Shown one piece after another: positions 22,306-35,884 of a stretch of 64,000 nucleotides of DNA. The stretch covers positions 297,446-361,445 of IMG/VR virus record IMGVR_UViG_3300028833_000001. One strand, written 5' to 3'. The notes beneath the pieces are model-generated. The model was given only the letters and a program-made list of their open reading frames with translations. It was not told the origin of the DNA and searched no databases. The stretch is from a virus (taxonomy: Duplodnaviria; Heunggongvirae; Uroviricota; Caudoviricetes). The position numbers were made by a program, and so were the translations under genes. The stretch's first letter is position 1; every line of letters begins with the position of its first letter.

Positions 22306-23001
22306 TTAATCAGCTGAAATCATATCTGTTATTATATTTCCATACTTTATTAAAGATTTTTTGATTGATTGTTCTCTTGGCACATGTGTTTCGTCTGTAT
22401 ATGTCGCCCCGATTGCCCCAACAACAGTTTTTTCGTTATATAGCATCATCATACACAGATATTTAACCCCATTATGATTAAGTCTATAATACATTTCTGG
22501 GTCAATTTTTTTCATGTCATCAATGCCAATAAGTAAAAATGATTCTTCAAACAAATTGGTGGCGCTTGGGTATCTTGAAAGTCTTACATTGGTGTATTCA
22601 TCAAGTAACCAAGAAGTTGAATTTTTAGGCTCGGCATATGTTAAATCAACATATAAAAACGGCAGATTGCTTAGGTTTTCTCCGCCATTATGAGCTTCCA
22701 TGACAAAGACTCTGTCTGCGTTTATTTCATTTTTGAAATCAAGCATAGCCTCTCTTATTTTTGGTGTAGCTTCGAGTCTTTTATTTACTGATTTTTGGTG
22801 CTGTTCTTGTTGTATGGTTTCTATTTTTTTAACGAAACTTTCTGGGTTGAATGCTACCTGTCCTACAACTATAACTAGAAAAAGCATCATTATAGTTAAT
22901 ATTATATTCTGAATTCCAGCCTTTTTCACTAGAGAGAAAAGTTTTTCAAGCCATCCTATAATATTACCAGCATTGTTCGAACCTTGTGGTGTTTCTGCCA
23001 T
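22306..23001 (-). CDS. Single-TM protein with GAF-like domain (T4 T-holin-like architecture)
   Basis: N-terminal TM helix followed by ADRVFVMEAHNGG ... VVGAIGATY. Confidence 0.5.
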   Translation of the reverse strand: MAETPQGSNNAGNIIGWLEKLFSLVKKAGIQNIILTIMMLFLVIVVGQVAFNPESFVKKIETIQQEQHQKSVNKRLEATPKIREAMLDFKNEINADRVFVMEAHNGGENLSNLPFLYVDLTYAEPKNSTSWLLDEYTNVRLSRYPSATNLFEESFLLIGIDDMKKIDPEMYYRLNHNGVKYLCMMMLYNEKTVVGAIGATYTDETHVPREQSIKKSLIKYGNIITDMISAD

Positions 23002-23035
23002 TTTTTTTTGAATTTTAATTTATTGTGTATTATTG

Positions 23036-23935
23036 TTATTTTGTTTTTCTTATTGTATTTAACGTTTTTGAAAACATTTCGTCGTCTTCTTTAATTCTTG
23101 ATGAGTGATTTGATGTAGATTCTGGAGAAGTATACTCAACTAGATGTTTTATTTTATTAATAGATTCTCCAAATCCAGATTTATTAGTGTGATTAATTAT
23201 GTTTCCAGTATTATTTTGCCATTCAACAATATATTCATTTCCAGTTTTATCTTTCATTTTAACTTTTGTTCCGTTAACCTTGAATTCGTCTGGAATCTTT
23301 GATAACATGTGCTGTTCGGTAATGAATTCTGTTTTTTTGTAATATATAGTTTTTAATGGTTTTTCACTTGTTTGTGTATTTTGCTCCATTTCAGATATAC
23401 GTTCAGACATTTTTGACATCATTTGCCGCATGTCAAATCCATCTTTACTTTCGTATAGTGTTTCTTTGTCAAATGTTTTATCATCCATTTCACGAGCCTG
23501 AAGTCCTGTTTTTTTGAATTTTTTAACATTATCATCCATTTCTTTTTCGTTTTTGGTTATGGTGTTAAAAAATTTTTCATTGTCAGAATAATCGGCGGCT
23601 TTTTCATAGTCGTTATTCATTTCTTGTTCTGATGAATACCCAAGGGCATTTGCCTTTACTCGTTTTTTGTATTCTTTAGACGCGTTTTCTGGGTTATGAC
23701 CAAGTGTCGTATGGTTACCATCGGTTTTTTCATATTCAGCATCACCACGTGCCCAGTTTTTCTCGTCTTTCAAGCCGTTGTCATACTTTTTCACCTTATC
23801 CATAGAGTCTTTGTTGGCCTTACCGTTGTTTTTCTTATTGTCACTTTCAACGTTTTTGCCAATAACTGGTTTGAATTCGTTGGAACTCTCAGCAATAAGC
23901 TTTCTAATTTTGCCTACATTATAAACTTTATCCAT
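23036..23935 (-). CDS. Hypothetical charged protein
   Basis: 299-aa ORF. Confidence 0.65.
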   Translation of the reverse strand: MDKVYNVGKIRKLIAESSNEFKPVIGKNVESDNKKNNGKANKDSMDKVKKYDNGLKDEKNWARGDAEYEKTDGNHTTLGHNPENASKEYKKRVKANALGYSSEQEMNNDYEKAADYSDNEKFFNTITKNEKEMDDNVKKFKKTGLQAREMDDKTFDKETLYESKDGFDMRQMMSKMSERISEMEQNTQTSEKPLKTIYYKKTEFITEQHMLSKIPDEFKVNGTKVKMKDKTGNEYIVEWQNNTGNIINHTNKSGFGESINKIKHLVEYTSPESTSNHSSRIKEDDEMFSKTLNTIRKTK

Positions 23936-23965
23936 AGTATTGATGTAATTAATGTTATTGTTTAT

Positions 23966-24769
23966 TTATGATGCCATTTTTTTTGCATTTTGAGCAAATA
24001 TGGCCCTTTTCCTCGTTAATTTATTTTTTGAATGTGTTAGCTCTTCGGTAGATTTACCAGTTCTTTTCTTTGTCTGTGTAAATTTACCTTTGTTTTCTGG
24101 TTTAATGTTTATATCTTCTTCAACTTCACCAGCCCAACTTTTTTCCATCATGTTTTTATGGTCTAATGTTGGGTCATTTTTTTTAACGTTCATCGGAACA
24201 TCATAACCAAAATCACCGATTTGAGTGTTCATTACAGACTCCTCTTTAATAACTTTACTTATGGAGTCCATTTGTTCCTGTGTAACAAAAAATGTTCTAC
24301 TGATTGGTTTATTGTTCAATTTGGTTGTAAATTGGCCAGAAGATGCCGCATTTGTTGCCCCAGCAATATCGCCACATCCTTCACCGTCTTCATCTATGCG
24401 TTCAAAACCAATGTTGTTATCAACAACATGAGCATATTCGTATAACTTTCCGTATAATTTTTTGATTTTTCGCAAGATATCCTTGCGAGGAGCTTTATAT
24501 GTGATTTCAAATGTATCTGGTAGTCGTTTTCCGTTTTCATCACTACCATTATCTTTAATTTTGCTTTGTTTAATTAAAATAGCTGAAAAATCATCATCTT
24601 TATCTGGTTTGTCAAGTAATAAGTTAAGCACTTTTTCATTTGTAAAATTATGTTGTTTAAGAAAATCATCAATATCAGCTTTTAATGGGTTTTGTAAAAG
24701 CTGTTTGATATAGTCTTTTATATAATTTACAAAAGCGCCTCTAGTTAATTCATTATGTTCGTGATACAT
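23966..24769 (-). CDS. Hypothetical protein with basic C-terminal IKPENKGKFT...RKRAIFAQNA module
   Basis: 267 aa. The C-terminal module resembles one I recall from crAss-like phage proteins (unverified). Confidence 0.6.
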   Translation of the reverse strand: MYHEHNELTRGAFVNYIKDYIKQLLQNPLKADIDDFLKQHNFTNEKVLNLLLDKPDKDDDFSAILIKQSKIKDNGSDENGKRLPDTFEITYKAPRKDILRKIKKLYGKLYEYAHVVDNNIGFERIDEDGEGCGDIAGATNAASSGQFTTKLNNKPISRTFFVTQEQMDSISKVIKEESVMNTQIGDFGYDVPMNVKKNDPTLDHKNMMEKSWAGEVEEDINIKPENKGKFTQTKKRTGKSTEELTHSKNKLTRKRAIFAQNAKKMAS

Positions 24770-24774
24770 TTTCC

Positions 24775-25005
24775 CTATTTTTTAATTTCATCTTCATAAA
24801 AGTTACGCCTTTGCCATAAAGTTCTAAATAATAAGTTAACTGATGCGGCAACAACCTCTTTAACACGCTTTTCGATGTTCTTTTGTGTTGTTTTGTCATT
24901 TTTTAAAACATCATTAACAATGGCTTTAATTTCCGATTTTGTGATGTCTGATTCCAGTAATAAATCATTAATCTCTTTTTCCGTAAAAGTTCTTGTATTA
25001 TTCAT
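24775..25005 (-). CDS. Hypothetical protein
   Basis: Start moved to MNNTR because ACTATTTAT lies at 25031-25039 on the minus strand. Confidence 0.55.
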   Translation of the reverse strand: MNNTRTFTEKEINDLLLESDITKSEIKAIVNDVLKNDKTTQKNIEKRVKEVVAASVNLLFRTLWQRRNFYEDEIKK

Positions 25006-25099
25006 ATGCTTGAGGCGTATTTTATCTTCTATAAATAGTATTGTGTAATAAAAATCCACCCCCAGTAGAGGTGGATTTGTCTATAAATATGCTGTTTAA

Positions 25100-25639
25100 T
25101 TAATCTTCGCTAGCAGCCTTTGCCATTTTTTCGAGGTCGGTTACTTCCATGTTCCATTCTTCTCTCCAGTTCATGTAAAATCCATATAATTTTTGTAATG
25201 TTTCCATGTTATCTTTTGTTAACACAAGAGAGTCCGCCCAAATAAAACAGCCAAATTGACTATCGGTTTGTAAAACAAATTGAAATTTTAAATTTTTTAA
25301 ACTAGGTATTACTCCACTAAATATTAAATTGGATACCGACTTTTTACTATTTTCGCCGACATTGGCTGTCTTTGGCACAAAAATTAATGGTGATTCACTA
25401 ACATCATTCTCATTTGGTTCAGAGAATTGAGCCCCACTATCGACTTGCGACCTAAATTGCTCTATTTGGTTACTTAAAACATTATTACCAAATTTTATAT
25501 CGTCTGTAATGGCAATTGCCTTATCTGACTTAATATCAGCTTCTACAAGAAGTTGCTGACTTGACTGTTTATAGTTTTCTTGCAGTTTTCTGATTCTTGA
25601 TAAAATACTTCTTGTTATATCGATTTCTTCGTTTTTCAT
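25100..25639 (-). CDS. Hypothetical protein
   Basis: 179-aa ORF. Confidence 0.65.
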   Translation of the reverse strand: MKNEEIDITRSILSRIRKLQENYKQSSQQLLVEADIKSDKAIAITDDIKFGNNVLSNQIEQFRSQVDSGAQFSEPNENDVSESPLIFVPKTANVGENSKKSVSNLIFSGVIPSLKNLKFQFVLQTDSQFGCFIWADSLVLTKDNMETLQKLYGFYMNWREEWNMEVTDLEKMAKAASED

Positions 25640-25644
25640 CTATA

Positions 25645-26076
25645 TTAAAAATCTAAACCACTGCCATTCCACCATGTGGTGAACCCGCCTTTAAAGCTAG
25701 TTTTATTTGGCGATGACATTATTTTTTGAACCTTCTCTTTTAATTCTTCGGCCTTTTCAAGTTCTTCTTGAATGAAATTATTAACTTTGTCAGGCTCTTT
25801 TGACATAAGCGATTCTAATTCCTTTTTCTTTTCGGAAATTTTATCAGTTTCTTCTATAACCTCGTTTACTGGTTCTAACGCACTTTTAATTTCATCTGTT
25901 ATATTTTCCAAATTATCATATTCTATATTAATTTCAGTATTAACAGATTCAATTTGTTTTTTAACCTCATCAACGATATTTCCAGATTCTTCATTTGTTG
26001 TTACTGGTTTACTTCGTCTAGTTTTATTTGGGGTTTTTTTCTTTGTCGTTTCTGTTTTCTTTTTTGTTTCAGCCAT
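25645..26076 (-). CDS. Hypothetical coiled-coil protein
   Basis: 143 aa, E/K-rich. Confidence 0.6.
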   Translation of the reverse strand: MAETKKKTETTKKKTPNKTRRSKPVTTNEESGNIVDEVKKQIESVNTEINIEYDNLENITDEIKSALEPVNEVIEETDKISEKKKELESLMSKEPDKVNNFIQEELEKAEELKEKVQKIMSSPNKTSFKGGFTTWWNGSGLDF

Positions 26077-26099
26077 ATTTGTATTCTATTAATATATTA

Positions 26100-26804
26100 T
26101 TAAATAGTTTGTACACCTAAATTAAGTGCTTCGCACCTCATTTTGTTAAATGCGCCGCTTTTAATTTGCCTAACACGTTCTTTAGTCAACCCTAATTCAT
26201 TGCCAATTTCTTCTAAAGTCATTTCGTCATTGTTATTTAACCCAAAATATTTGGAAATTACTAGTTTTTCTCTATCAGTTAAGCATCCGCACAACAATTC
26301 AACGGTATGTTTATTGTCTTTATCGTTGATATAATTATCATAGTCATAGCAAATATAATTATCTGACTCGCTTTTATCAACATTTTCTTCCGATTTTTCA
26401 TTATCGTAATCAAACGATTCTTCTATGTCATCACAGCAGAGTCTGTTTCTTTTATGCAGGGCTTCAAGAATTGTTTGGCGTATCCACCATACAGAATAAC
26501 TAATGGTCTTAAAACCTTTAGTATAATCAAATTTATCAAAAGACTTAATAAGCCCAATATTACCTTCTGCTATCAAGTCAGAATATGACAAACCAAGTCC
26601 CTGGTACCCTTTTGCTATACTTGCTACAAATTTTAAATTGGACTTAAGTAGTTTATCACGGGCATTTATGTCGTTATTGTTTTTATATTTTTCCCATAGA
26701 CTTAATTCCTCTTCTCGTGAAAGAGGATTTAGTTTACCTATATCTCCGAAATACATTAATGAGCTTTTATCAAAATCAGATTGTATTCTTCTATTTTTAC
26801 CCAT
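26100..26804 (-). CDS. Sigma70-family RNA polymerase sigma factor
   Basis: Region 1.2 LSREEE, region 2 NLKFVASIAKGY..DLIAEGNIGL..YSVWWIRQ, region 4 TLEEIGNELGLTKERVRQI. Confidence 0.93.
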   Translation of the reverse strand: MGKNRRIQSDFDKSSLMYFGDIGKLNPLSREEELSLWEKYKNNNDINARDKLLKSNLKFVASIAKGYQGLGLSYSDLIAEGNIGLIKSFDKFDYTKGFKTISYSVWWIRQTILEALHKRNRLCCDDIEESFDYDNEKSEENVDKSESDNYICYDYDNYINDKDNKHTVELLCGCLTDREKLVISKYFGLNNNDEMTLEEIGNELGLTKERVRQIKSGAFNKMRCEALNLGVQTI

Positions 26805-26815
26805 CCATATATGAA

Positions 26816-29197
26816 TTAATTTTTATTATTTTTAATTCTTGAAATGTTGTTTTCTTTTATAATAGTCACTACATTCCCTTCATCATACCAATCAAGGTCA
26901 ATATGACATATATGTAAAATAAATTCAAATTCTTTTGCTATTTTATCATAAATTTTTTTCATATCGTCATAGTTTTCTTTAGCTACAGTACCAAGTACTT
27001 CATCAAGCAGAATAAAAGGAGGTTTCGGCATTTTTGACAGCTTTCCAAGTACAACTCGCAATGCAAGCGCTGCTTGAGTTGTTTCTAATCCAGATGCGGC
27101 AGATAATCTTGTTCTAACGTCATCACGGATAAGAATAAAATCAATGTCATTCTTGTCGTTCATCGTAACCTCTACCTTGAAATCCGTGGTGTCACACAAC
27201 AGTCTGTTTAGTTCGCTGTTTATGATTGGTAAAGTGTTTCTAAGTACAATTTTAGAAATACCATCTTTTCCAATCATTTGCAGATAAAGTTTCCAGTATT
27301 TTTCGATTTTAATTTCTTCGTCAATTTTTATAATATAACCCTTCTTTGTGCTTATGGTTTCGTTATTAGCGCTAATCTCTCTTTCATATGAAGAGTTAGT
27401 ATTAGTTAATTGTGTTTTAAGATTGTTTTCTGTTGAAATATTAGCGTTTATGACATTTATTTCGGCATCAATTTTATTGTTCTTCTCAATATTTTCTTTA
27501 TTTAAATTTACTTCATTCAAAGTATTCTTAGCTTCTTGATATTCCAGTCTTTTATTAGTTATTTCAGTTGTTATAGCGGCTATTTTCAATTCTATTTGTG
27601 TTTTTTTCATGAATTGTGTTCGTTTTTCTTCGATTTTTTCCATAGCACTGACAACTTTTTCATTTTCAAGTTTCAATTGAACACCTTCTTCCGTGTATTT
27701 TTTGATTTTTTCATTGTTTTCTGCTATAATCCCGCTATTATCAACATTATCAAGTTTTCTATGACATGTTGGACAAATTTCAGCATTGGCAAGGTTTTGA
27801 TTTGTGGCCTTTAATCGTTGAATTTCACTTCTTAATTCGGCCATTTTTGTAATTTGGTTGTTGTTGGTTGTTTTTAGAGATTTATATTCTTCATCAGAGA
27901 ACGAAATATCACCAAAATCTTTTAATAATTCTTTCTGGCTGTTAAGTTCTGCGTTTTTTCTTTTACCAGTTTCGATTATGGTATTAATTGTCGATTCAAG
28001 TGTATTAACGTCTATTTTCAGCAATTTATCGTCAACATTTTGCTTTGCTAACAATAAAGCATCTCTACTTTTATTAAACGAATCAATTTTACTTTCTGAT
28101 TCGGCAATTTTATTTTTATTGTTTTTGATTTCTTCGTTTAATTTACAATTAGTATCCTCAAGAAGTGAAATCTCATTAATCAATTGTTCTCTATTGAACA
28201 TGTCGCAAACGCGTCCAACAGAGATATCTTTATTCCATTTTTCCCTAGCCTTTATATCTTTATCTTCAATAACAGAAAGACCAATCCATCTTGATAAAAG
28301 ACGTCCGCGTTCTGTTTCTGTTAATTTAATTAATGAATCAAGGTCTTTTGCATTTGCACTGATAATCAAATCAAAATCACTTTCATTTCCAATTGCATCT
28401 TTAATTGTTTTGCTTGTAGCTTTGCTACTTTCACCACTGTTATTCTCATCTGGAAGCAATTCTTCTTCTCCGTTTGGCAATAATTTATAATATTCAACCT
28501 TATTAGTTATGGTTTTGGTTTTCTTTTTTGAATTTGGTCTTGTTAATGTCCTTTTGATTAGATAATCCTCACCGTCAATGGAAACACATCCTTCAACTGT
28601 TAAAGTTTTTTCATCTGGAAGATAGTTGTTAAACAATTCAGATAATGTTTTAGCTTTATCCGTATTTGTTTTGCCAAATAGCAAAAAGTGCAGTAAGTCG
28701 TAAGCAAAAGTTGATTTTCCACTTTTGTTCGCTGGTTCTCCATTTAATAGGACGATTCCGTGCAATTTTGTAAAATCAAAATAATTATCTTGTCCATATG
28801 ATAAAAAATTGCTCCATTTAATCCATTTGATTGTATATTTTTTTGAGTTATGATATCTATCGGAGTCAACCATTGAATTAATTTGAGAATCAATTTTAAC
28901 AATTTCACTGAAATCCTCATCAGTTAGTTTTAGTCCGTTATTTTCAACCCATTGTTTCATTAGTTCATGCTGAAATTGAGGGTCGTAAATGTCATCGACA
29001 ACATCTCCAGCCAACGCGCCTTCCTGGCCTTTTTTATTGGAAAAATTAACATCGACACTAATGTTTTTTTCTGGAATCCCATATTTTTCAGCCATTTTGG
29101 ATATAACATTCTTCTGTTCCTCAACAGTTAGAAATGAATTAGTCGTATCAATTCTAATTAAAACTTTTGAATCTTGTCCTATATCAATTTTTTTCAT
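26816..29197 (-). CDS. SbcC/Rad50 (gp46-like) ATPase
   Basis: Walker A NKSGKST, CPTC zinc hook within a coiled coil, ASGLE signature, FILLDE Walker B, ICH switch. Confidence 0.9.
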   Translation of the reverse strand: MKKIDIGQDSKVLIRIDTTNSFLTVEEQKNVISKMAEKYGIPEKNISVDVNFSNKKGQEGALAGDVVDDIYDPQFQHELMKQWVENNGLKLTDEDFSEIVKIDSQINSMVDSDRYHNSKKYTIKWIKWSNFLSYGQDNYFDFTKLHGIVLLNGEPANKSGKSTFAYDLLHFLLFGKTNTDKAKTLSELFNNYLPDEKTLTVEGCVSIDGEDYLIKRTLTRPNSKKKTKTITNKVEYYKLLPNGEEELLPDENNSGESSKATSKTIKDAIGNESDFDLIISANAKDLDSLIKLTETERGRLLSRWIGLSVIEDKDIKAREKWNKDISVGRVCDMFNREQLINEISLLEDTNCKLNEEIKNNKNKIAESESKIDSFNKSRDALLLAKQNVDDKLLKIDVNTLESTINTIIETGKRKNAELNSQKELLKDFGDISFSDEEYKSLKTTNNNQITKMAELRSEIQRLKATNQNLANAEICPTCHRKLDNVDNSGIIAENNEKIKKYTEEGVQLKLENEKVVSAMEKIEEKRTQFMKKTQIELKIAAITTEITNKRLEYQEAKNTLNEVNLNKENIEKNNKIDAEINVINANISTENNLKTQLTNTNSSYEREISANNETISTKKGYIIKIDEEIKIEKYWKLYLQMIGKDGISKIVLRNTLPIINSELNRLLCDTTDFKVEVTMNDKNDIDFILIRDDVRTRLSAASGLETTQAALALRVVLGKLSKMPKPPFILLDEVLGTVAKENYDDMKKIYDKIAKEFEFILHICHIDLDWYDEGNVVTIIKENNISRIKNNKN

Positions 29198-29209
29198 AAT
29201 ATTTTTATT

Positions 29210-29512
29210 TTATAATCTTCTTTTTCTTATAATGATTCCGTTTTCTTCTATGTTTTTTGTAGTAATTTCTGACTCGGTCTTAATTTCGTTTTTGCCTGTT
29301 TCTGCATCGTTTGCTGGCTCTATTTTGTTTTTCTCAATGTGTTGGTTATAGTCAATCATTATGCCAAATGGAGTTTCCCCGTATTGTTCTATTAAAATCG
29401 CTTTTTCAAGTTTTTCGCTACAAAAATCGCTTATTTTTAAGTTATTTGATTTACAATAGTCGGAAATCTTTTTGAAAACATCTTCTTTTATTTTAACGTT
29501 TTTAAAGTTCAT
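29210..29512 (-). CDS. Small putative ribbon-helix-helix DNA-binding protein
   Basis: KNVKIKEDVFKKISDYCKSNNLKISDF pattern. ATG start at 29512. Confidence 0.5.
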   Translation of the reverse strand: MNFKNVKIKEDVFKKISDYCKSNNLKISDFCSEKLEKAILIEQYGETPFGIMIDYNQHIEKNKIEPANDAETGKNEIKTESEITTKNIEENGIIIRKRRL

Positions 29513-29615
29513 TTTTAATATATTATATTTAATAATATAAAAATAAATTTTCTTAACCAAATTATTGTTGACTAATAAGATATGTTTTTTTATTTTTTAA
29601 TAAAATTAGAATTTT

Positions 29616-30434
29616 ATGGAACAAATTGACTCATATAGTGACACGTATCCAAGATATATTTTAGGGTTAGATGTTAGCACTGCGTGTATTGGCGTGAGTG
29701 TTGTAAAGGATGACGGAATAAATAAGCCAGAAATATTATATTTAAGCCATAAAACACCGATTGTGCCAAGAAAAATAAAGGGAATAGAATCTTTATTTCT
29801 TAAAAAACAAATTTTTGAGGATGAATTTATAAATGAAATTTCCAAACAATTTAAAATTACCGATGTAATAATAGAGGAACCGTTATTGTCATCAAATAAT
29901 ATAAACACGGTTGCAACTTTATTACGTTTTAATGGAATGGTTGCCGAATCGATATATAGAATCTTAAAATTGGTCCCATCGTTTATTTCTTCTTATGATG
30001 CAAGAATGTATTCATTTCCAGAATTAATTTCTATTAGAAAATATAACAAAAAAGGCGAGGAATATACATTATCTCATATAAAATCGGCGATTAAAAACAA
30101 TAAAATTGTACTATTTGGCTCGTATCCGTTTGATGTAGATAAAAAAACTGTTATGATGGATATGGTCAATGAAATGTATTCTGAAAGCGGTATAGAATGG
30201 ATTTTAGACAAAAATGGAAATCTAAAAAAGGAAAATTTCGATGCGTGCGATTCTTTGATATGTGTGTTGGCATATATTAATGTTAACAGATATGGGTTAA
30301 GTGAACCAAAAATAATTAATTATGAGATAAACGATACTGAAACTGGCATAAATATTAATTATTCAACACAAATTTGGGATAAAATTTACAATAAACAATT
30401 GATACTTTCAAAAAAAATAACTAATATGGCTTAA
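29616..30434 (+). CDS. RuvC-like Holliday junction resolvase
   Basis: ILGLDVSTACIG, VIIEEP and FDACDS acidic motifs. Confidence 0.8.
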   Translation: MEQIDSYSDTYPRYILGLDVSTACIGVSVVKDDGINKPEILYLSHKTPIVPRKIKGIESLFLKKQIFEDEFINEISKQFKITDVIIEEPLLSSNNINTVATLLRFNGMVAESIYRILKLVPSFISSYDARMYSFPELISIRKYNKKGEEYTLSHIKSAIKNNKIVLFGSYPFDVDKKTVMMDMVNEMYSESGIEWILDKNGNLKKENFDACDSLICVLAYINVNRYGLSEPKIINYEINDTETGININYSTQIWDKIYNKQLILSKKITNMA

Positions 30435-30481
30435 TTTACTATTTTTTTAACAGTTATCTGATTTTATTTCCCATAACACTT

Positions 30482-30490
30482 ACTATTTAT
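30482..30490 (+). promoter_or_regulatory. CTATTTAT motif
   Basis: ACTATTTAT at the head of the second structural operon. Confidence 0.5.
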
Positions 30491-30601
30491 TCTAAGAAAA
30501 AGAATATTATTTAAATTAATATTTTATACAAATTTTATAGTTTAAAATTAATAGATTTAAATAGTGCTATATATTAATAATATTATTATAATATACTTGT
30601 T

Positions 30602-31660
30602 ATGGGATATTTAAACGACCCAAGGGAATTACAAATAAGACCAGAAAGCGGAGTTACTCTTGAACAGGATAACAGATTTGAAGAAATGTATCATTGGGGG
30701 GCCGCTGTTTTAGATTTATGCAATCTACCAGTCGATGAATATATGAGGCCTATGACAGTTAACATAGGAGAAGGTGGCGGTGGCATATCCCCAACTCCAA
30801 CTGTTAAAACATATACGCTTAAATATTATATTAACGGAAGTGTTAACAAAACAATAACACTTGCGGCTGGAGACGAAATAACGCAATACACTCCGAGTAC
30901 TGTAGGATACACGTTTAATGGGTGGTATACTGATTCAAGGCTAACCGCTAAGTTTACAGATACTGTTATGCCTGAAAGAAATGTTACCGTGTACGGCGAA
31001 ATGGTTCCAAATGAATATGTTTTGGCATTTTATAATGAAACAGAATTAATCTCATCGGCAAATGTTGCATATAATACAAATATAACATACCCAAATATGC
31101 CAGATAAGATTGAAAGCGGTGTTCAATATACTTTTGTGTGGGACGACGGTATATATAACGTAATGCCGAATAATGATTTGGATGTATATGGCCATTACGA
31201 AATAGTTTCAACGTCAGATACGTTTTATTATGGTGTATTAATGAACTCAAGCCTTGGTAATAATTTGAATGGTATCGAGAGCTCATTGACAGAAGCATTA
31301 ATAAGCCAAATAGAGCCAAATGACTATTATCCAATGGAAATTCCAGCAATTACCGACCAAGAGTTTTCTGAATTTGAAGAAGAATGGTTTGATAAATTTG
31401 AAGAAGACGATGAATTTACTGAAAATTGGGTAAATAATTATTCATTTTCAGTAGTTATTGTAGTACCAAGCGATAGGGAAATATTATCGGTCAAACAAGG
31501 CGATATTGACGCTGTTGATTGGGTTGGAACAAATTATGAGACAAATTATGGTTCTATAAACATAAATGGTATAGAATATAATGTCTATGGCTATAAGACT
31601 AAAAATTATTATGTGCAAGACGATAGTAAACCAAAACAAATTTATATCGACATAAAATAA
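30602..31660 (+). CDS. Protein with InlB B-repeat (Listeria-Bacteroides repeat) domains
   Basis: GYTFNGWYTD...MPERNVTVYG and a second YTFVWD...MPNNDLDVYG. Confidence 0.75.
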   Translation: MGYLNDPRELQIRPESGVTLEQDNRFEEMYHWGAAVLDLCNLPVDEYMRPMTVNIGEGGGGISPTPTVKTYTLKYYINGSVNKTITLAAGDEITQYTPSTVGYTFNGWYTDSRLTAKFTDTVMPERNVTVYGEMVPNEYVLAFYNETELISSANVAYNTNITYPNMPDKIESGVQYTFVWDDGIYNVMPNNDLDVYGHYEIVSTSDTFYYGVLMNSSLGNNLNGIESSLTEALISQIEPNDYYPMEIPAITDQEFSEFEEEWFDKFEEDDEFTENWVNNYSFSVVIVVPSDREILSVKQGDIDAVDWVGTNYETNYGSININGIEYNVYGYKTKNYYVQDDSKPKQIYIDIK

Positions 31661-31676
31661 AAACACATATTAAAAT

Positions 31677-34748
<3,072 letters not shown>

Positions 34749-34772
34749 TAAGGTTAACAAACACAACAAGAA

Positions 34773-35348
34773 ATGGCTAGTTATACAGAAGAAAATATAA
34801 AATCGACAATGTCTTGGGCAAATTCGTTCTCAAGACTGAATCCAGATGTTTTGGATAGAACATCATTATGGGGCTCTTTGATTGATGCACAAAAATACGC
34901 TAAAGGTGATAAAAACGACCCAGATTCAAGGGGTTTATTCGGAACGTCATACATTGGTCAAATATTAACTGTTTACGAAAATGATGAAGTAACTGTTTAT
35001 AAAATTGATTCAAACAGAAATTTAATTGAAATAGGCGCTGCATCAAATGTTTTAACGGCCCAAACATATACGGCTGGTCTTGTATATGCAACTTCTGACA
35101 ATGTAGGAAAAATTATAAGTGTTGTTGAATCCGAAACAATAGAAGAAGGCGGAGAAGAAGTTACATACACTGACGGATTATATATTGTTGTAGGTGCTGG
35201 AACTTTGGCTAAAATAGCAACAAGCACAGCAACTGGAGATGTTACGGCTGATATTATTGCATTACAAACAAGAGTTGGGGCATTAGAATCGTCTCAATCA
35301 GAGCAAGACGGGGCTTGCTATTGGGAAACGGATGGAATAATAGTTTGA
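34773..35348 (+). CDS. Structural protein (fiber-associated)
   Basis: FSRLNPDVLDRTS..YIGQILTV, C-terminal coiled coil. Confidence 0.55.
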   Translation: MASYTEENIKSTMSWANSFSRLNPDVLDRTSLWGSLIDAQKYAKGDKNDPDSRGLFGTSYIGQILTVYENDEVTVYKIDSNRNLIEIGAASNVLTAQTYTAGLVYATSDNVGKIISVVESETIEEGGEEVTYTDGLYIVVGAGTLAKIATSTATGDVTADIIALQTRVGALESSQSEQDGACYWETDGIIV

Positions 35349-35363
35349 AATTAAAATATACAA

Positions 35364-35798
35364 ATGGCAAAACAATTAGTAAAACATTGGAAAGGTACTG
35401 CGTCATCATACAACTTTTTAAAACAAAACAACGCATTAAGTCCGTGGACAAGATATGTTGTTGTGGATGAACAAAGTGGAAACGTAATATCAGAATATTA
35501 TGGAGAGAATGTAATTTCTGTTCCAGCAGGACAGTTATTACCAGTAAACGATATTGTTCCTGATATTTCATCAATTCCACAAAATAAAAATCCGTTTGAC
35601 AGATATCTTGTCGGAACAAATGAATTAGGATATTCATTAGTCGAATTCCAACCGATAAGTGGAGGAACACTTGTTATGACCACGACTGAATTTAATGAAA
35701 AATATGGTGTTAGAGTTGCTTCGCGAGGATATAAAAACTATATATACTTCAACAACCGATTAATTACGTACGATGACGTTGATTGTGGGACTTTTTAG
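35364..35798 (+). CDS. Structural protein with C-terminal DCGTF
   Basis: Shares the DCGxF terminus with the 15192 and 18547 products. Confidence 0.6.
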   Translation: MAKQLVKHWKGTASSYNFLKQNNALSPWTRYVVVDEQSGNVISEYYGENVISVPAGQLLPVNDIVPDISSIPQNKNPFDRYLVGTNELGYSLVEFQPISGGTLVMTTTEFNEKYGVRVASRGYKNYIYFNNRLITYDDVDCGTF

Positions 35799-35826
35799 TT
35801 CTATGTATTTTTTGTACTATTAATTT

Positions 35827-35854
35827 AAAACGTGCAATCGCACGTTTTTTTTTT
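35827..35854 (+). terminator. Intrinsic terminator
   Basis: AAAACGTGC-AATC-GCACGTTTT followed by a T tract. Confidence 0.8.
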
Positions 35855-35884
35855 GTTACAAAAAATTTTTGTATCATAGATTTC